This document shows positions 16,100 to 28,315 of a stretch of 64,000 nt of DNA, in pieces. The position numbers and the translations under genes are program-made. Under the pieces are notes generated by a model. The model did not search any database. It saw only the letters and a program-made list of their open reading frames with translations, and was not told the origin of the DNA. The stretch is from the human T2T-CHM13v2.0 reference genome, Homo sapiens, in the NCBI RefSeq assembly GCF_009914755.1, contig NC_060940.1. One strand, 5' to 3'. The first letter of the stretch is position 1. Each line of letters starts with the position of its first letter.

Positions 16100-17170
16100 T
16101 CTAGAGGCCCGCCCGGCCGTCTCCCAGGCTCGGCTGCCCCCCGCAGGCCCTTCGCTCTGGCCTCAGCCAACAGAGCCTCCGCACGAGGGCGCATCCGCTC
16201 TCGGACTCCTAGGGCTTGAGCCTGCACTCCCCGGAAATATGGAAATTGCCCCAGCGCGGGGTTCCTTCTAACAGAGGCGCCTCCTAGGCTCAGGTTACAA
16301 ACTCATCAATCACCCGGGAGCCCGGGATTCAAACCCGCTCTGGAGCGGGGCTGGGGCGCAAAGCCGCAGTTCTACAGCTGAAACCTCCCGGAGACTTTGC
16401 ACACTTCTGCAAACGCGCGGGGCTGGGTGTGCGTCTCCAAACCGCGACTAGAGCGTGGGCATTTGTTTTTTGTTTTTTGGTTTTTCTCTCTCTCTCCTAA
16501 TCTCTCTCTGTCTCTTTCTCGCTCTCTTTTTTTTTTTTTTTTGCTTTACTATCGGTGCCCCGCCCACCAGCCTCCCGTGTCTCCGCCCACGTCCCGCCCA
16601 TTACCAAATCGGGCAGTATTTATCACCGTACAAATTCAAGCTCGGATTTGCCTTAGAGTTTAGAAGACGCGCCGGGACGGCGGGAGTTTCGGTAGAGGCA
16701 GGGATGTGCGTGCTGGACTTCGGGTGCCGCGTGGGGAGCTCCAGGAGGGGCTGTGGGATAGGAAGGTGGGGAAAGGGTTGCATAGTGACACCGGTTTATC
16801 TCTCGGTCTGGGTGTGTTGGAGCGAGCGCCGAGGCTGGAGAAGGAACTGGATCCAAACTTGAGCTTGCTGGGGGCGCGCGGCCCCGGAGAGGTTGGGTGA
16901 CCCCAGAGACTGTGGGGCCTGCGGGTTGCAAAGGCGCTGGCATTGAGGTTTCTTCACCCCAAGTTTGAAAGGGGTACGCGGGTGAGAGCGAGTGGTAACG
17001 AAAAGACAAAGCCTCGCCCCTCCTGGCCAGAGGTTCACCCCCAGGACCTAGGCGGGCGCGGCCGGGCTGCTCGCTGGACCCACGTTAGAGGAGCAGGGCC
17101 GCGGAGGGAGGCCCGAGGTGTCCCAGGGACTGGCCTGTCGCTCCCGCAGGCAGTGCCGGTACCCAGGCCG
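16100..17170. promoter_or_regulatory. Intergenic CpG island ~2 kb upstream of FOXL1
   Basis: CpG-dense; CCCGCCC boxes at ~16559 and ~16594; TATTTAT 16617-16623. Confidence 0.75.
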
Positions 17171-17535
17171 GTTTTTCCACCCTTCCTGCGACTTCCTTTT
17201 TGGTATTTTAAATTTACCCGCTCCCCTGCGGTCTACTTATTCCATGGGCTGGATACCCAGGAACCCCAAACACACGGGTTATTTCTGATTTTCTCATTTT
17301 GAAAAAGGATGCCCGCCACGTTTCCGTGTTCAGAGGCTACCTGGGCACTCACATCCTCAGCCGGGTGTGGCAGCGGCAGACACTCCCCCTACCCCTGTAA
17401 GTGCCCTCGGTGCCTCTCCCTCCTTCCTGGCCCACTGGCAGTGGGCCATTTCTACACCCACCTGCCATCCTCCCCCTTCCCTCATCTCTTTGACATGCTC
17501 ACACGATTTGCTCAATGAGACGCCAGTTATCCGAA

Positions 17536-17580
17536 TGTGTGTGTGTGTGTGTGGGTGTGTGTGTGACAGTGTGTGTGTGT
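17536..17580. repeat. Interrupted (TG)n microsatellite
   Basis: Read directly from the sequence. Confidence 0.95.
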
Positions 17581-18604
17581 TTTAATATTCAGGGGGTGGT
17601 CATAAACAGGAAGTAGTCACACTAGGTGCCTCTACCCTTACCCTAACCGGTGGAGTGGGGAGGAGAGGCCCCCTTCGAAATCAGCATGATTCAGGATTTT
17701 TTATTCAAACAGTGATGTGGGAAAATGTAAAATGAGATGGGGGTGGAGGGCCGCGTACACCCCAGGGTGGGTGGATACAGGGAGAGCAAGCAGGCTTCCC
17801 AAATGCCTAATGTAATCACGGGCCAGCTGCATGCACTTGTAAAGTTGTTATAACCCCCTCCTTGTTATAAACAGGAAAGCCCAGAATATAAAGCTGGAGA
17901 CCCACATTCACAAATACCAGGCCTCCCGCGCCAGCTGCCACGGCCTCCTTTTATGGTGTTCCTCTCTTGCAACCTTGGCCCCATCAGGAGGACCTTACTT
18001 TTGCCCCCGGTTCTCTAAATGGGTTTATTTTGAAACCTTCCTCAATGGAGCTGTGGACCATGAGCTCTTCCCCAGGCCCCCAGTGCCTTAGGCCTGCCCT
18101 TCCAGAGAGACTGGGCTCCCAGAGTCCACTTTCCCTCCGATTTCCGGAGAGCCCTGGAAGGGAGGGTGTGGGAGAGCAGGTCCCTAGAGAGTGCCACCTC
18201 CTAGTGGGTCTGCCACCTGTTTTTCCAGGGAGGGCCGCATCCCCTTCTCAGCAGACACTCAGGCTTCTTAGATACTCTCCCTGCCCCAATCTAAAAGGTT
18301 CCTAGGACCTCAGAAAGTGTTTTACTAGACTGTGGCATCTCGATATCTCCGGTTAAGCCTGGGAGAAGAAAAGACCTTTTGTGGGAGGCCCTGGCGTTAT
18401 GGGGCTCCCCCAGGCCAGCGTAAAACTCATCCCTGCACACCCACCCCCATCTCCACCTCTCCTTCCTGGCTCAGCAGACCCTGCTCTGAGCCACCGCAGT
18501 CTACATCCTGCCTCACTGACTGTGTGTGCTTACAGCGTCAAGGGGTGGACGTGATATTTCAAACATCAGATCAGTGCGTTTATATATTGGGTGCCCGGAA
18601 ATTT

Positions 18605-18870
18605 TTCCAAATAAACACAGCTTGATTCAACTTGGGTGGGCGGACTTATCAACAGACTAATTCTATAAACAAATGAAGGAATAGCCCCAAAACCGATTGG
18701 CTGGTATCAAAAAGACACGTGGAGGGAAAAGCTTGGAGTTTTTCAGCAATGAAATTTTAATTAATGTGGGTGGGCTGAGAACACAAGGACTGTTTATCAT
18801 AGACAATTTATTTTCCAGGGCTAAGTCAACATATAACAGCAAACTTACAACAATTATTTAACATTTTTAA
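18605..18870 (+). promoter_or_regulatory. FOXL1: FOXL1 proximal promoter
   Basis: Forkhead motifs ATAAACA 18611-18617 and 18665-18671, TGTTTAT 18791-18797, GTCAACA 18825-18831; GLI-like TGGGTGGGC 18633-18641 and 18767-18775; ATTGG 18696-18700; E-box CACGTG 18716-18721; TATAA 18832-18836. Confidence 0.7.
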
Positions 18871-18879
18871 AGCCATGAA

Positions 18880-20530
18880 GAAGGGACAGAGCACGGAGCG
18901 GCCGGGGAGAGCGGCAGAGCCAGAGGCAGAGGCACGGCTGGCTCCCCGGGAGGGCCCTTGCGGCGCGGGGCGCAGTGCCTAGGCCGCCCGGGTCTCCTGC
19001 GTTGCGGGGAGCGCAGCGCAGGCTCTCGCTTGCCATGAGTCACCTCTTCGATCCCCGGCTGCCTGCCCTGGCCGCCTCGCCCATGCTGTATCTGTACGGT
19101 CCCGAGAGACCCGGCCTCCCTCTGGCCTTCGCCCCCGCGGCTGCTCTAGCTGCCTCGGGCCGGGCCGAGACCCCGCAGAAGCCTCCCTACAGCTACATCG
19201 CGCTCATCGCCATGGCGATCCAGGACGCGCCCGAGCAGAGGGTCACGCTCAACGGCATCTACCAGTTCATCATGGACCGCTTCCCCTTCTACCACGACAA
19301 CCGGCAGGGCTGGCAGAACAGCATCCGCCACAACCTCTCGCTCAACGACTGCTTCGTCAAGGTGCCCCGCGAGAAAGGGCGGCCGGGCAAGGGCAGCTAC
19401 TGGACGCTGGACCCCCGCTGCCTGGACATGTTTGAGAACGGCAACTACCGGCGCCGGAAGAGGAAGCCCAAGCCGGGCCCCGGGGCCCCGGAGGCCAAGA
19501 GGCCCCGCGCCGAGACGCACCAGCGCAGCGCGGAGGCGCAGCCGGAGGCGGGGAGCGGGGCAGGGGGCTCGGGCCCCGCAATCTCCCGCCTGCAGGCAGC
19601 GCCCGCGGGCCCCTCGCCCCTCCTGGACGGCCCCTCTCCGCCGGCGCCCCTCCACTGGCCGGGGACCGCGTCCCCGAACGAGGACGCTGGTGACGCTGCC
19701 CAGGGCGCAGCGGCCGTGGCGGTCGGCCAGGCAGCGCGCACAGGGGACGGCCCGGGGTCCCCTCTGCGCCCCGCCTCCCGCAGCTCTCCGAAGAGCTCCG
19801 ACAAGTCCAAGAGCTTCAGCATAGACAGCATCCTGGCGGGAAAGCAGGGCCAGAAGCCGCCTTCAGGGGACGAACTCCTAGGGGGTGCCAAGCCTGGGCC
19901 CGGCGGCCGTCTGGGTGCCTCGCTCCTGGCCGCCTCCTCCAGCCTCCGTCCGCCTTTCAACGCTTCCCTGATGCTCGACCCGCATGTCCAGGGCGGCTTT
20001 TACCAGCTCGGGATCCCCTTCCTCTCTTATTTCCCCCTGCAGGTTCCCGACACGGTACTCCACTTCCAGTAAAGCAAACAATGGCACGGTTCTTCTCCCG
20101 GCCCAGCCTGAGCCTCCGCTGAGCGAAAGGCCACAGCTCCCACCGGCGGAGGATTTTAAAATGATCTTTGCCTGGGTCGGCCTGTGGGTTCAGGGAAGTG
20201 TTACCAACCATTGCGCGCAGGTGGGCGCGCTCGCCTGCCTTCTCCGAAGCAAACTTTTCCCAGCAACTGGGAGCAGCTACGGAGACTTAAAAGATCCCCG
20301 CGGGGTCGTGGGCACCGCACGTGGGCCCTGCAGGGACCTCCACCGCGGGAGATTCCTTGACGTTTGACCTGTCTAATGGAGTGTGGTCTTCAGCCGCCCA
20401 CCGCAGGTCCTGCGAGTCCCGGGCATGCAAGGGCCCGCAGACCACCCAAGGCAGGCCTTACAGGTGCAGTTGAGGTCCTTTCGACCGGGGACCCCCGTAT
20501 GACCGTCGCCTGCTTCGCTGTTGCCGTGTG
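18880..20530. promoter_or_regulatory. FOXL1 CpG island
   Basis: High GC/CpG across 5'UTR, CDS and proximal 3'UTR. Confidence 0.88.
19035..20072 (+). CDS. FOXL1: Forkhead box protein L1, 345 aa, single coding exon
   Basis: gccATG at 19035, [22 protein letters not shown]...; forkhead domain [59 protein letters not shown]; EH1 motif FSIDSIL (19815-19835); ends PDTVLHFQ. Confidence 0.99.
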   Translation: MSHLFDPRLPALAASPMLYLYGPERPGLPLAFAPAAALAASGRAETPQKPPYSYIALIAMAIQDAPEQRVTLNGIYQFIMDRFPFYHDNRQGWQNSIRHNLSLNDCFVKVPREKGRPGKGSYWTLDPRCLDMFENGNYRRRKRKPKPGPGAPEAKRPRAETHQRSAEAQPEAGSGAGGSGPAISRLQAAPAGPSPLLDGPSPPAPLHWPGTASPNEDAGDAAQGAAAVAVGQAARTGDGPGSPLRPASRSSPKSSDKSKSFSIDSILAGKQGQKPPSGDELLGGAKPGPGGRLGASLLAASSSLRPPFNASLMLDPHVQGGFYQLGIPFLSYFPLQVPDTVLHFQ

Positions 20531-21980
20531 GCTCAGGCCTTGGTTTTGAGCCCATCTGGGTGGTGGGTGGTCACAGCTGGGTTTGTTCCTGACTTGAAGT
20601 TGTGGAGGTGCCGGGGGTGACCCCGGGTTTTCAGGTTTTCTGAGAGATGTAGGGCCCGATGAGGATTTATGACCAATGTTCAGCTATAGAAGCTGATAAC
20701 CACCCAGAGCAATAACACTTTTATTTTAAACAGAGACTTTTTCTCTTAATTTCTTTCTGGGTAGTAAAAAGAACATGTTTCATTCTTTGCATAAATACTT
20801 GACTCTAAGCATTGACCTTTGAAAACGCTTGTATTAACAATTTTTATTAAGAAAGTGCACTCTATATAACATCTTCTTGCATTACGATAGCTCATTAGCC
20901 AATACACATGCAGCTATGTAAGCCACAACAGCAGACGTCCTATCCTTTTGCTTTTGTTTTTAAGGGATCAAAATATTTCAAGGGATACCATGAGGAAGGG
21001 TGTGAGGGGAAGGGGATATGCCTTGGACAATGTCAGAGTTTTGATTTCCATGTTTTTTCAAGATCCAGGCTTGGTGGTCGCTATATTTTTCAGAAACAGA
21101 TAATGAAAGACTACATTTAATTTAAAAAGTTGGGTGAAACAACCAAAAGCAGATGCAGAGAGAGAGAGGGATGAATGCGGGGGAAGAATAAGGGGACGTG
21201 CTGGTGTCCGCTGGAAGGGGCCTCTCTGGGCCCCAGAGGACCTGAGGTTTGATGGCAGGAATCTCCCAGACACTCCTGGCCCCCGCACCCCCTGCAGCCG
21301 CCCGCTCTTCCCTCCCAGCCCTGCCAGGCAGGCCTGGAGGCTGATACTAAATCAAAACCTTAAAGAGGTGACTGGCAGTCTGGGGAGGGGAGAAGAGGTC
21401 TGCAACGAAAATCTAATTAAGAACATTGAGATGTTCACAACCAAGTTCAGCTTGCAGCTTCCGGGGAAATGCAACCGACCTCTATGCCATCTCTAGCTGG
21501 GTAATCTTCGAGGCCCTGAAATGCAATTTTCTGAACCTCTAAGTCACTTTTATTTTATGTCATGTGATAAAGACACAAGTAGTCACGCACTATTGGAAAT
21601 AGGTTGGGAGGGAGGTCTTTAAGATCGCTTTTAAAATAGTTTCCAGGACTTGTCTAAAAATGATGACAAACTTTGAATCCAGAGGGCCTGTTGGTCAATG
21701 TGTTGGAAAGGACATTTCAGGCCGGCAGAGTAATTGGATAATTCACAGGCATAGAGGTGACTTTTGGAAAATTCATTCTCCTATCCATGCTGAACCAGGC
21801 TTCCACGACTGGGTTCTACCCAGGCCAGTGGGAAGACTCTGGGAAACTTCAGGCCAGCCTTGATTGGAAGAACTTCCAGGAGGAGCCATTGCTGAGATCC
21901 AGGCTCACTGTGATTCACTGAAAATGTAGCGAAAGGGCTGTCACTGGATATTTTGCTATCCCAAACTCTCAGCCTCTGTG

Positions 21981-21986
21981 AATAAA
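21981..21986 (+). terminator. FOXL1: FOXL1 proximal poly(A) signal
   Basis: AATAAA followed by a T-rich stretch. Confidence 0.7.
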
Positions 21987-22825
21987 GTTGTTTTTTCATT
22001 AACCTCTCAGTGACTGGTTCAGTGGATTACTGGAGGGAAATAAACAAACAGTGTAATAAGAAAGAGGAGACTGGGATTATATCTGGGAGTCGTGTTAGCA
22101 TCTCAGGAGGCTCTGGCTTCTGAGGGGTAAACACACAGATGGAGGGGAAGGAGTGGAGAGGATGCCGGGCCCAGGAAGCTGCCTCCATATCAGAAAGCAC
22201 GATGAGTTAATTCTGCCGTATTGAATCGGTTTTTAATCTTTCCTTTTTCTTTTTTGTGTTTGTATGTTATCTTGGGAGGTTTTGTTAATTTGTGATGGCT
22301 ATGTTTTGAAGAAGCAAATAATTTGATACTGCAGTTTTAAAAGGGTCGTATTTTAAAGTTACTATTCCAAAAAGTATTGTACGAATGTTACTTTTATGAC
22401 ACAGAAAAAATGCAGATGTATCCACTTTGTGTGTTTATACATGCATAAAGAGAAATTCTATTTAATCCCAACTTTTGTCTGGTTTAGAAAAGCTAAGACA
22501 AGTGGATACTGAGGTCGTTTTTATGTAATCTATATAATTGCATGTGTATTCCTTCCTCCTGAACCAAAAAGAGGAGGTTTGGGTCTTACCAATCCGAATA
22601 GCTGTTCTATTGATCCATATTTAATCGTTGGCTCAAAATTATGGCTCAATAAGGTCAATAGTTTCTGCTCTTAATTAAAACAAAATCTCAGCTATAATTA
22701 GGGTGAGCCAGAAGCAAGCTTATCATTGTACTCTTAGGCAATCTGAAGGAATACCTCTCTGCTCTCATCTAAACAAAGGGAACAGATCTGTCTTCTGTAA
22801 ATGATCTTTGGTTCAAGCCCTGATT

Positions 22826-22985
22826 ACACACACACACAAACAAATACCCACACACATATGAGTGCACTGATCATAATGAGGATATGGCAGGCACATGTTT
22901 GATAACAAAGTGTGTATACATATGTACACGTTTATATATATGTATATACATATATATACATGAATGTGTAGGGGTGTGTGTGTGT
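22826..22985. repeat. (CA)n, (TA)n and (TG)n alternating purine-pyrimidine patches
   Basis: Read directly from the sequence. Confidence 0.8.
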
Positions 22986-23701
22986 ATTTGTTCTGTGTAC
23001 ATGAATGCTCATAAATGTATCTTTTTTGAATATACCTGAGACTCAGATCAAGTACTGAGTCCTTTCACTTTAACCCAAGTATTGATACTATTTGAAAGAT
23101 TTTGTTTTTCTATATAGTTTTTAAAAATAGATAATAATTTCTATATAGCTTTAATAGTTTTGTTTCTCTATGTAGTATGAACCAGGGATAACTTTATTGT
23201 TCTGTGTTAGTATAGTGAAACTGACAGATTTTATTTAAACATCGCGGAAGACACCCGCTTTGAGAACTTTTCCCTCCGTTCACAAGGACAGAGAACTTTA
23301 CAAAGGACTCTTGCTCTGCCTGGCCTCATCTAGTTGCTGGCTCTTCTAGAAACAAACGGCCTCCTGGGCCTCCAGTGAACCATAAGAGTTTTGAGAACCT
23401 GAATAGGACCTTCTTAGCCATTTTCAGATTTAATTGTGCCCGTTTGAATGGTGGTCTTCACCATTTCACTCAAAGTGGTGAGTGTATGCCCGTGTGTATG
23501 TTAAAGAATTAGCCACATATAATTATTGTTACAGCTGAAAGCCAGAGCCAGCCTGCCCAGACCCTGGCAGGTTAATGTTAACATCACAAAAGTAGGTGAC
23601 GTTTCCAGTAACCAGCTGCACCCAGGAGTGAGAAAATAAGGGGAGAGCCATGATTTTGTGCACTTCCTGGCTTCATGGTGGCTGGAGTCTTGTTTCCATG
23701 A

Positions 23702-23769
23702 AATAAAGGTTGTTTCATAGAATGAAAAACATAAATGATAAAAAGCAAAGTTTGTCCATTAAAAATAAA
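23702..23769 (+). terminator. FOXL1: FOXL1 distal poly(A) signals (long 3'UTR)
   Basis: AATAAA 23702-23707, ATTAAA 23758-23763, AATAAA 23764-23769. Confidence 0.55.
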
Positions 23770-24954
23770 AAGCGTGAGTTTGTGGAAAAGTAAGATTCTT
23801 TTGACTCACATTTAAAGCAGTTTTTTAAATACACCTGAATAGCCACATGACAAGCTCTCTCCTCTGCTGGTCCTTATCCAGAGGCCCCAGTGCTGAGTTC
23901 TTCAGGGCTAGGCAGGGGCCACAGGTGTTTACAGTGACCTGGAGTGGGGCCTGATCACTGGAGCGGGCAGTGGTGGGGCTTGGGCTGAATTGGGGTGAGG
24001 GAAGTTCTGTCCCTTCAGATGGCATCCAAATGCCAATTGCACTAGGCAAATCAAATGTGTGGCTTATAGGCCAGATGTAGAGTCAAGCTCAGGCTCTCCA
24101 CCTTGGGGTGCAAATGAAATCTGGGGGGGTCACAGTCAACTCAGGTATCTTTACAGTAGCAGTGGGGGTGGAGGGAAGCAATGGGACAAAGATTTGGTCC
24201 CAACCTGTTTTTTCCATTAGGTACAAGAATCAGCGTCCTGGCAGGAAATAGAAACCCACTTAGATGGCTCCATGGAAAGGATCAGGGTGGAAGGACTATT
24301 TATGGAGGAGTGGGCTGGATGAACGAAACCGCCAGTGATTAGCAAGGGTGAGAACAGCTCCATCCTGCCTCTGCCCCCTCAGCCTGCAGCGGGTACCGCC
24401 TTCAGAGCTGGAGTGGAAAGGAGCCACAGTGCTGGAGCAGACAGGAGGGAAGGGAAATATCCCACCTCTCCTCTTCCGCCTTCCAGCCTCATCTGATGCC
24501 TCCGATGGGCTGAAACCTGCAAGAAACCCAGCCTGCAAGGTAGCCCAGGTAATGCTGTCCATAGGGGTCAACCTGCAGAGGAGGTGAAGAGGGGCTGCGA
24601 GTGGACCAGGGAAGGGCTGGGCAAGCTGACTGTGACCAGCACACTGGGGGTCCTTCTGCTGGGACCAGGAAGTTGCCGCTGCCCTGACCACAACTTGATG
24701 TACAAAAGCCAAGGCTGGGATGTCCCAGACAATGCCTATGGCTGCATCTGGAATTCCAGAAGATTGGAATCTCCCATCTGGCAAGCTTCCAAGAGAAGCA
24801 GGCTGTAGATACTAATCTGGGTCCCTCTTAGGTGGGCAGGGCCTCGGCTTCAACTGAGTTCCAGAGAGGGCCTGCCCTGGCCATGCATCTCTGCCTGGAT
24901 GTCTTGGAGTCTGAGAAGTTGCTGGACTGCCTTTGACTGTGCACAGTAGTAATG

Positions 24955-25298
24955 GTTTTTCTTTTTCTTTTCTTTTCTTTTTTCTTTTTTCTTTTTTTTT
25001 TTTTTTTTTTGAGGCTGAGTCTTACTCTGTTGCCCAGGCTGGATTGCCATGCAGTGGTGTAGTCATAGCTCACTAGCCTCAAACTCCTGGGCTCAAGCCA
25101 GCCTCCTGCCTCAGCCTCCTGAGTAGCTGGGACCATACGTGCACACTATTACACTTGGCTTATTTCACAAATTTTTATGTTTGCAGAGAGGGGTCTGGCA
25201 TGTTGCCCAGGCTGGTCTCGAACTCTTGACCTCAAGTGACTCTCCCACCTCAGCCTCCCAAAGCACTGGGATTACAGGGGTGAGCCACAGGGCTCAGC
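24955..25298 (-). mobile_element. AluJ (Jo/Jr-like)
   Basis: (TTTTC)n/T tail; tcatagctcactagcctcaaactcctgggctcaag...ggattacaggggtgagccac. Confidence 0.9.
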
Positions 25299-25839
25299 CT
25301 TCACTGGGTTGTGTGGCTGACGCTGTCCTGCCCTTCTAGAATGTGTGGACCACATGTTGGTGAGGGCATCCTCAAGCCCAATCCAGAAGAAGTTGGGACG
25401 ATAAAAGGGTCTCCACCCCAGGGCAGTGTCCATGTTAAGCCCACTTGGAAGGGTGAGGAACAACACCCTGGAGTTTGCGAGGTCACATGGACTTCGACAG
25501 CATGAACTTTAAGGAACAGCTCATGCCTTTGCAATGTGCAGCGGAAAGTATTATGAACCTCACGCCACCCAGAGCTCTTGGCTTCTCATCTCTCGGCTTC
25601 TCATCTCTCCCAGGTAGCTGGTCACCATCTCCTATCCACCTCTTCCAGGTCCACTCCAACACACCCAACAATGGGAACAATTGCTGTAATTGCATCTTAT
25701 TGATTCCTTACCCCTCAGTAATTGATCTAGTCAGGGTGAGGTGGCCCCGGAAGAGGGTTCCTTAACCTGGATAAGAGTGTGGCCTCGGAGCCCATGAGAC
25801 AGAGGCTAATAATGCAGCTGAGCCTTCACTTGCTGTTGA

Positions 25840-26090
25840 CATTGGCAGTGACCTAACTCTTTTGTCCCTTAACTCCTGGCATGGGTACAAATAACATTAG
25901 TAACTACTTCATAGAGCTGTAATGGGCATAAATTAAATGATGGTTATACATTCATGACCACAGCCTGCCCTGGTTCTCATCTGTAAAGCAGGAAGCATAA
26001 TCTCTCCTCCTGCATGAGACCTCATCAGAGTTAAATGAGTTGATGTTTGTAAAATGTCTGGCATACAGAAAACACTCAATACATGCTAAG
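25840..26090 (+). mobile_element. Two tandem MIR fragments
   Basis: tctcatctgtaaagcagg...ttaaatgagttgatgtttgtaaaatg...ggcatacagaaaacactcaatacatg. Confidence 0.65.
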
Positions 26091-27119
26091 TCTTATGGCT
26101 GTATACAGACATAACCTCTAGTCTCCACTCATGACTTCTCTGTGCAGCAACAAAAACACGAACAAACAGTGCTCCTCATGTTAGAGAATTCTGTCGAGAA
26201 CAGAAGGCTCCTGGGGCTGATTTCTGCAGTCCTCCTGCCCGGGCAGGCTGGGATCCATTTCATCTTTTTGTTGCCGTGTTTCCTCTCTTGAGATGATCCA
26301 ACCGTTTGAACACGAAACCAAAAGCAAAATAAGCTGCTACACACGGCAGGGGTCTTAGGAAAACCATAGGAGAGATGATTTTCACAGGCTGGAGGAGAGC
26401 AACATTCCTTTGGTGCTTCTTTGCTTTGCCCAGGTGGTACAAGGAGCCTAGAGGAGACTTCCCAGGGCTGACTGTCTAGCCATTGTGAACTCAAGGGCCT
26501 TGGGAATGAATACAACTCTTTATTTCTGCCCCCCAGCACTGAGACCATTCCTATAAGCCAAAACCGAGGCTCCACCCCTCTCCTGGGGAGAAAGGGCCTA
26601 GCCTGGAGGAGCAGTTTTCCCTAAACTCATGCATTTCATAGCCCGCCTTATAAAGTGTAAAGAGTATTTCTTTTCAATGCTGTAGCTAAATATAGCAGGG
26701 CTTGGTCAGCTAGAACATTTTTAGTAAGCACATTACAAATCAGGAATGTTTTGGAGAAATAAATAAACTTTCCCACATTTTTGGACTTTGAGTCGGTCCT
26801 GCAGCCTCCATCTTGAGAGCATGACTGGTGGGGAAATGATGAATAATTCATCACTGGCACTGCCCAGGGCTCTTTCTGGAACCATGAGTGTACTGGACAT
26901 TCTGCATTTACTGAAGTTGTGGGACAAGGATGGACATGCAGGGAGACACTCTCAGGGGAAGGGCAGCCCCCTGTCTCCATAAGGGCCACTCAGTGGCATA
27001 AGGAAGAGAAACGAATGTATCTCCAGTGTGTTGCATTTCTGACTCAGCCATTTTGGGAGGTGTTCACTGCGGCATCCGAATGTGATGAGAAGAAACCCAT
27101 GAGGCTGTGGTTCCCACCT

Positions 27120-27280
27120 GCTCTGCACCAAGGATGACCTGGGAATTTTGGATTCGCCCAGCATCTGTGTCCTAACCTCAGACCCTGGTTCACTTGGCCT
27201 CTGGTGAAACCAGACAGGTGTATTTTTATAAGATCCTCAGGCAATTCTATTGATTCTGCAACCAGAGCTGAGAGCCCCTG
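27120..27280. mobile_element. MER5-like hAT DNA transposon relic
   Basis: tgtatttttataagatcctcaggcaattct...gctgagagcccctg. Confidence 0.5.
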
Positions 27281-27673
27281 CAGTGAGGTATATATGCCAC
27301 TGGGTGCATTTGTAGGGGTAGAGAGAAGACGTACTCAGCATTAGCTATCATTTCTCTCTTTTCACCTATGCATATTTATATACAAGTTTTGTTTGTTCAG
27401 AGTAGACTCTCAGCATCTTTCTATGACCTCAACTACCCTTTTTCTTTATTCTGTGTAGATTTGTCTTTCAATAAAATACCACTGTAGAAGTTATATGTGT
27501 TCATACAGGAAATGTGTAATATTCAGAAAGGTGGTAAAAAGGGAACAAACCTGTAGCCCCACAATTACTTGTAATAATCCTGCCTCCAAGAGTGTATGCT
27601 TGGTATTTCCAATGTATTTTGGTGTTACTTTTGGTATATCATCTTTCTCTAAGTTGTTTGTATTTCATTAATG

Positions 27674-28284
27674 CTACCACAATTACCTCCACCACGACAA
27701 TTACCTCCACCACCACAATCATCACCATCATCATCATCATCACTATCGCCACCACCACCATCATTATCATCACCATCATCACCATTATCACCACCATCAC
27801 CATTATCATCACCATCATCACCATTATCACCACCATCACCATTATCATCACCACCACCATTATCACCACCATCACCATTATCATCACCACCACCATCACC
27901 ACCACCACCATCACCACCCTCACCGTCATCACTATCATCATCACCACCACCACCATCATTATCACCATCATCATCGCCACCATCATCATCATAACCATCA
28001 CCATCATGACCACCACCATCACTATTAACATCACTATCATCACCACCACCACCATCACCACCACCACCATCACCACCATCATTATCACCGTCATTATCAC
28101 CACCACCACCACCATCATCACCCTCACCATCACTATCACCATCATCATCATCACCATCATCATCATCACCATCACCACCACCATCACCACCACCATCATC
28201 ATCACCATCACTATCACCATCATCATCACCATCACCATCATCACCATCACCACCACCATCACTATTAACATCATTATCATCATT

Positions 28285-28315
<31 letters not shown>

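Noticed and set aside
18975-19034. 20-aa N-terminal extension of FOXL1
   Set aside because: GTG start; gccATG at 19035 gives the known 345-aa protein
19146-19960. Antisense ORFs over FOXL1, one resembling the FOXC2 antisense ORF
   Set aside because: The similarity only mirrors the shared forkhead nucleotide block
24230-24560. Possible ancient LTR relic (also ~410-600 and ~52780-54050)
   Set aside because: Too diverged to call family or boundaries by eye; needs RepeatMasker/Dfam
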